From a virus (Duplodnaviria > Caudoviricetes): a DNA stretch of 51,357 nucleotides. Made by a program: the position numbers and the translations under genes. Under the pieces are notes generated by a model, which searched no databases, had not been told where the DNA came from, and saw only the letters and a list, made by a program, of their open reading frames with translations. Location of the stretch: IMG/VR virus record IMGVR_UViG_3300020045_008814, positions 1 to 51,357 of that record; one strand, given 5' to 3'. How positions within the stretch are numbered: the stretch's first letter is position 1; each line of letters starts with the position of its first letter. Shown here in pieces: positions 47,409 to 51,357 of the stretch.

Positions 47409-48099
47409 ATAGGGAGTTTAATCCAATCAAAGTTAATAATTCTTTCTCTAATGACTTGTCTTTATTAACAACTTTAACTGGTTTAGCTAAATTGCTACCA
47501 TAAAATTTTAATATCCTATCTTTAAGCTTTTTTGAGAACTTAGAATATTTACCTTGTCTAAAATACCATACATCAGTTTCGTATTGTTCTGGTATGTCAA
47601 ATATTAATACATCATATCCCTCAATATTCATACTTGAGCAGAATAGCTTAGATTTAGATAAATCTCTAATTAAGTTACAATAATTATCAGTATCCATGTA
47701 TCTATAAACCATAGCTAACTGCGTATCAGATATTAAATATGAATTAACTAAATGTGATTCATATTTAACAAACTCTATATTATCAAATATTATTGGAGTT
47801 ATATAATTTGTTGTTAAATTCCTTTCATGTGTAATTATTCTGAATCTAATATTTGCTTCAAAGCACTTCTCAATCTTTTTTACTTTAAATGGTGATGGTA
47901 TTGAACATATCTCTTGACCTCCATTAAATGCAGACAAGTATATCTCATCATTTATAGATATACTGTTAATATTATCATAAATCCTAACTATAATACCATC
48001 CTTCTCTTCAATTTTAAGTTGTTTGTTAACTCCAACTATCCTGGAATTAATTGCAAAAATCTCTTTACATTGCTTCAATCCTTTGTAATTCATCCACAA
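47293..48099 (-). CDS. Conserved crAss-like hypothetical protein
   Basis: TT.YI.P, VNSYL and F.IPE.Y..D..YF..GKYSKFS..LK..IL.FY motifs recalled from crAss-like phage proteins. Confidence 0.6.
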   Translation of the reverse strand: MWMNYKGLKQCKEIFAINSRIVGVNKQLKIEEKDGIIVRIYDNINSISINDEIYLSAFNGGQEICSIPSPFKVKKIEKCFEANIRFRIITHERNLTTNYITPIIFDNIEFVKYESHLVNSYLISDTQLAMVYRYMDTDNYCNLIRDLSKSKLFCSSMNIEGYDVLIFDIPEQYETDVWYFRQGKYSKFSKKLKDRILKFYGSNLAKPVKVVNKDKSLEKELLTLIGLNSLYGVDFDKKPCDENDEFILQENFNAFKQELSGVLSTMQG

Positions 48100-48246
48100 T
48101 TAGTATAATTCGTACAGCCTTATTGCTAAAACTTCAATATTCTCATCTTTACCAGCTTCTTCTCTATAATGCTCAAAATAGCTATTTATAGTGTCTTTTA
48201 TGTATCCAATAATTAATTCATCTGCTTCAGTTAAGTTATTGCTCAT
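48100..48246 (-). CDS. 48-aa hypothetical protein (not in the ORF track)
   Basis: MSNNLTEADELIIGYIKDTINSYFEHYREEAGKDENIEVLAIRLYELY; abuts the next gene. Confidence 0.5.
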   Translation of the reverse strand: MSNNLTEADELIIGYIKDTINSYFEHYREEAGKDENIEVLAIRLYELY

Positions 48247-48355
48247 ACATTACTTTATTAAATTCATCCTCTAAATAACTAATCACATCATCCATATAGT
48301 CAACTATATCTATTGGAATTGATCCATAGTATTTGTAATATTCTTCATTCTCCAT
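48236..48355 (-). CDS. 39-aa acidic hypothetical protein (not in the ORF track)
   Basis: MENEEYYKYYGSIPIDIVDYMDDVISYLEDEFNKVMYEQ; overlaps both neighbours. Confidence 0.45.
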   Translation of the reverse strand: MENEEYYKYYGSIPIDIVDYMDDVISYLEDEFNKVMYEQ

Positions 48356-48660
48356 AATTCTTTGTTTAAAAATAAGTCTACTTTGTTAAAGTATTCATCT
48401 TCAAGTTCAACTCCTTTGTACATATTTTTAACTATATCATAAGATCCAGCCTGGATCCATCCTTCTCCAACCAACCATTCAGCAAACTCAATACTTATAT
48501 TTTCCAATTCGCGAATTGCAAATTCTGCACCAGCTCCAAATGATTTGTAGGATTCCCATTCATTATAGCCACCTGATTCTTCAGGATTTTTAATCTTTAT
48601 CGGAGGCTTGATATATTCCAAGGCTGAATCTGCTATTTTATTCTGTGATATTAAATTCAT
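48310..48660 (-). CDS. Hypothetical protein
   Basis: ORF track; F.AGAEFA and SIEFAEWL motifs common in small phage proteins. Confidence 0.55.
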   Translation of the reverse strand: MNLISQNKIADSALEYIKPPIKIKNPEESGGYNEWESYKSFGAGAEFAIRELENISIEFAEWLVGEGWIQAGSYDIVKNMYKGVELEDEYFNKVDLFLNKELWRMKNITNTMDQFQ

Positions 48661-49069
48661 CTATTATTTTCTTGATTTCTAAACTATCATCATCATTTTC
48701 AGATAACTCATAATAATCAGTGCATTCGCAACAATTGTAATAACAGTACTCTACTGCTCTCATTTTATACTTCCATACGTCTACAATAATTCTCGATATA
48801 TATGGAGATATTAAATTAAACTCATTAATAGTAACTCCCCTTACATTACCAAAATCACCAGATGATTCTCCGTATGTATTGTAGTAAACAAAGTCTAAAT
48901 AATAATTTTCATCAGTTACTTCTATATTAAATCCATACTCTTTACCGTATAAACCACCAAATTCCTCTTTTAAATGTGATTCACAATCATCTGGATAATC
49001 TACTTGGAGCCGGTTCATTATATCATCTAATGGGTATCTTATCACTTTTTTATGTACGTAATCACTCAT
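48638..49069 (-). CDS. Hypothetical protein (Tyr/Cys-rich)
   Basis: ORF track; tightly packed with neighbours. Confidence 0.6.
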   Translation of the reverse strand: MSDYVHKKVIRYPLDDIMNRLQVDYPDDCESHLKEEFGGLYGKEYGFNIEVTDENYYLDFVYYNTYGESSGDFGNVRGVTINEFNLISPYISRIIVDVWKYKMRAVEYCYYNCCECTDYYELSENDDDSLEIKKIIDEFNITE

Positions 49070-49070
49070 A

Positions 49071-49448
49071 TTAATTCAATTCTTTTGTTTCTAAAACTTG
49101 AAAAGTTAAATCTCCAGTGGAATCTTCTATAAATTTAATCTTTTGAATAGTTAAATATCTTAACTTAGTACTCCAGTCTTTTTTACCTTTCATTCTATTA
49201 TTGAACATTCTTTTAATTGCCTTAATGCTTGTTCCGCACCATTCTAAGTCGCCATCAATATTTTCATCCTTTATATCATCTCCGCAGCATAAGCTTATGG
49301 CTATATCTTCAAACATGGAATCAGGCTCCCCTTCTTCAGAATAACTTAATACAGGACTTATAGTCATGCATGGATTTCCAAATTCCCAATAAGGGTTATT
49401 CCAGCTTACACCTATGAACTCTATAATATCTCCATTTTTTACTTTCAT
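49071..49448 (-). CDS. Hypothetical protein
   Basis: ORF track; tightly packed with neighbours. Confidence 0.6.
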   Translation of the reverse strand: MKVKNGDIIEFIGVSWNNPYWEFGNPCMTISPVLSYSEEGEPDSMFEDIAISLCCGDDIKDENIDGDLEWCGTSIKAIKRMFNNRMKGKKDWSTKLRYLTIQKIKFIEDSTGDLTFQVLETKELN

Positions 49449-49455
49449 AAACTTT

Positions 49456-49908
49456 TCATATTATTTTAATTATTAATAACTTATCTTCATTACTTGTATC
49501 AATTCCCTCAGATTGTAGTAGGGTTATAAAAGATTGTTTTGCTGTATATATAAGTTGATTCATTAATCCTGGTACTTGATTGTAATGATAATAAAACCTT
49601 CCTGACCAACATTTAATTTCTTCTATGTAAAAGTTATCATTCAATAACTCAACAAACTCTTCACAATCCTCATCTGTTAATTCAGAGAGTTTGCCTAAGA
49701 TCTCCAAATCCTTAATACCGTAAGTTAATTCAATCTCTTTTTGTAAAGTCCCACTCTTACCATATAATATTATTAAATCACATCTTTCATCACCCATATA
49801 AGTGTCATACAAATACCAATCTGGATAATCAATATTCTGAATACGTAGACACTCTTCAGGAACTTCTACGCAAAGTATATTACATGACTTAGTCTTTATT
49901 TTTTCCAT
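49456..49908 (-). CDS. Hypothetical protein
   Basis: ORF track; ILGKLSELT..DC...TAKQSF.TLL.S motifs. Confidence 0.6.
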   Translation of the reverse strand: MEKIKTKSCNILCVEVPEECLRIQNIDYPDWYLYDTYMGDERCDLIILYGKSGTLQKEIELTYGIKDLEILGKLSELTDEDCEEFVELLNDNFYIEEIKCWSGRFYYHYNQVPGLMNQLIYTAKQSFITLLQSEGIDTSNEDKLLIIKII

Positions 49909-50104
49909 GATAAGTTATTCCATTTTTATCTATTGAATAATAACCTTCCTGTAATTCTTCAGAATCTCTTTCTAATAATTTTTCAATCTCTTCATCAGAA
50001 AATCCCAATTTTTTATAAAGAGACTTCTTAAATTCCAGTACTCCATTTTTACTACAGCTTATAACAAACTGCCTTTCTTCAGATTTAATCTTTATTTTCT
50101 TCAT
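49889..50104 (-). CDS. Hypothetical protein (likely start is the ATG at 50104)
   Basis: ORF track; AAAA-ATG context. Confidence 0.5.
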   Translation of the reverse strand: MKKIKIKSEERQFVISCSKNGVLEFKKSLYKKLGFSDEEIEKLLERDSEELQEGYYSIDKNGITYHGKNKD

Positions 50105-50130
50105 TTTTACAATCAATTACAGTAGGCTCA

Positions 50131-50355
50131 AGTAATTATCAAGGGGAGCTACGCTCAACAGTTGAGTTGTTTGTAGATGATGAAAATAATCCTCTTTTAA
50201 TTGAGTGGATTATTAACGATGGAGAATTTGTTGAGCATATTGGACTACAACGAGAAGGGGTGTGCATAGTTGGATATGACGGAGTATTTGAAGTTCCTAT
50301 TCAAATAATTGAGTGGATCGAAAGCATTGGATATAATTGTGATGAAATTAAATAA
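50131..50355 (+). pseudogene. 5'-truncated phage gene
   Basis: The frame stays open and protein-like upstream of the TTG at 50167 (SNYQGELRSTVELFVDD...IEW...VEHIGL...GYDGVFEVP), with no ATG back to the stop at 50086. Confidence 0.5.
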
Positions 50356-50357
50356 TC

Positions 50358-50579
50358 ATGAATAACATATTTCTAGGTGATATTATTGAAAAGTCAGAGA
50401 TTAAGGAGTTCTTAAACATTCCTAATAATTCTAATAATGGTATAATATGTAACGAAAATACACGTATTAAGATAAGATTTACACTTAATAGAGAGTGGTA
50501 TAAATTATTATTCCAGTACGTGACTTTTGGGATATATAAAGCTAAGTATGAGTATAAATGTAAAGTAGTAATAGAATGA
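50358..50579 (+). CDS. Hypothetical protein
   Basis: ORF track; coupled to neighbours. Confidence 0.5.
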   Translation: MNNIFLGDIIEKSEIKEFLNIPNNSNNGIICNENTRIKIRFTLNREWYKLLFQYVTFGIYKAKYEYKCKVVIE

Positions 50580-50779
50580 AAGACTTGGATTATTATTTAG
50601 AGAATATAACTGTTGAGTTCCCATTAGAATATCCTCCAATGCATGAATTTGCTAACTTGACTGATTGGTATGGAGTAAGTAATGAGCAAGGCATTATTGC
50701 ATACTTTAGGGAGGATGAAGATGCTTTCAGGTTTAGATTAGATTATATAAATAACTTATTAAACCCTGTAAAATCATGA
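50576..50779 (+). CDS. Hypothetical protein
   Basis: DWYGVSNE.GIIAYF..E.DAFRFRLDYIN motif; ATGA overlaps. Confidence 0.6.
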   Translation: MKDLDYYLENITVEFPLEYPPMHEFANLTDWYGVSNEQGIIAYFREDEDAFRFRLDYINNLLNPVKS

Positions 50780-50961
50780 CAATAGAAGAATTAGAAAATA
50801 AGCACAAAGATATTGAGTCTAAATATCTTGCTTGCACAGAAGATTTACACACTAAGCTCTCAATAGAGTTTGCTATTGAGGTTTTGGAAAATTTAGATGC
50901 TCAAAATATGAGTGTTTTTAATAAAATTCAAGAACTAAAACAATATTTAGATGGAAATTAA
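50776..50961 (+). CDS. Hypothetical protein
   Basis: SIEFAIEVLE...KIQELK motif; ATGA overlap. Confidence 0.55.
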   Translation: MTIEELENKHKDIESKYLACTEDLHTKLSIEFAIEVLENLDAQNMSVFNKIQELKQYLDGN

Positions 50962-51181
50962 TTTTGAAGAGATATTGAATAAGCATAAAAACTTTCAAAA
51001 ATCAACAGTAATGATGGATGACAGTTATGTAGCGCAAAGAGTTGCTATTTCTGCAATGAAAGAAGTTTGGAATAAAGCTATTTATATGGCTGCTGATAAT
51101 GCTGAATTTGAGGAATATGATGAGCATATGCAGTATAGCCCACATATATCAATGAATTCAATCTTAAAACTAAAAGTATAG
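50951..51181 (+). CDS. Hypothetical protein
   Basis: AMKE....AI..AA.NA...SIL motif. Confidence 0.55.
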   Translation: MEINFEEILNKHKNFQKSTVMMDDSYVAQRVAISAMKEVWNKAIYMAADNAEFEEYDEHMQYSPHISMNSILKLKV

Positions 51182-51261
51182 TGATTCAGTATAAATCATT
51201 AAAATCTAAAGAATTACCTTATTGTAGTATTAGATATATATTTTAAGTAAAAAAATAACAG

Positions 51262-51357
51262 ATGAAGAATAAGATATTAATGAAGTATACTCTACCAAGA
51301 GAGTTATTATTATTACTTGGTATTAAAGAGTCAGAGATAACTGATTATACTCTTGGA
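51262..51357 (+). CDS. Hypothetical protein, 3'-truncated by the window
   Basis: ATG after an A-rich leader; frame open to the end (MKNKILMKYTLPRELLLLLG...). Confidence 0.4.
   Translation, partial: MKNKILMKYTLPRELLLLLGIKESEITDYTLG

Noticed and set aside
47914-48108. Plus-strand 64-aa ORF
   Set aside because: Antisense to the conserved gene 47293..48099.
46968-50118. 8-bp inverted pair AATTGATT / AATCAATT as ends of an invertible segment
   Set aside because: Too short and AT-rich, and inverting the segment between them does not restore a start for the truncated plus gene.
1-51357. Stop-codon reassignment (TAG or TGA), common in some crAss-like phages
   Set aside because: Very long ORFs are open in code 11, and TAA, TGA and TAG all end genes at natural boundaries. 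No suppressor tRNA is visible.
1-51357. CRISPR array, tRNA or group I/II intron
   Set aside because: Intergenic gaps are short, with no spaced direct repeats, cloverleaf or interrupted core gene seen by eye.

Overview
AT-rich (about 30% GC by eye) segment of a crAss-like phage (Crassvirales, probable Bacteroidota host) that reads in the standard genetic code. Positions 1-45964 are one + strand virion module. It runs from a terminase large subunit (the window opens inside the C-terminal end of an intein) through the portal, a ferritin with an intact ferroxidase centre, an acidic scaffold-like protein and the major capsid protein. Next come tail ring paralogs, an auxiliary capsid-like protein, membrane proteins, tail fibre/adhesin/SGNH esterase genes, a catalytically dead M15-peptidase homolog, an IHF-like protein, and the tail tubular and muzzle proteins. 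The module ends with two cargo proteins, a 4508-aa virion RNA polymerase polyprotein (DFDVD motif, HEXXH zincin, an apparently foreign inserted module, repeated boundary motifs) and a 1228-aa ejection protein. After a terminator near 46.0 kb there is an array of small accessory ORFs that flips strand abruptly at about 50.12 kb, with truncated genes on both sides. All family assignments come from motif recognition and synteny by eye; no searches were run.
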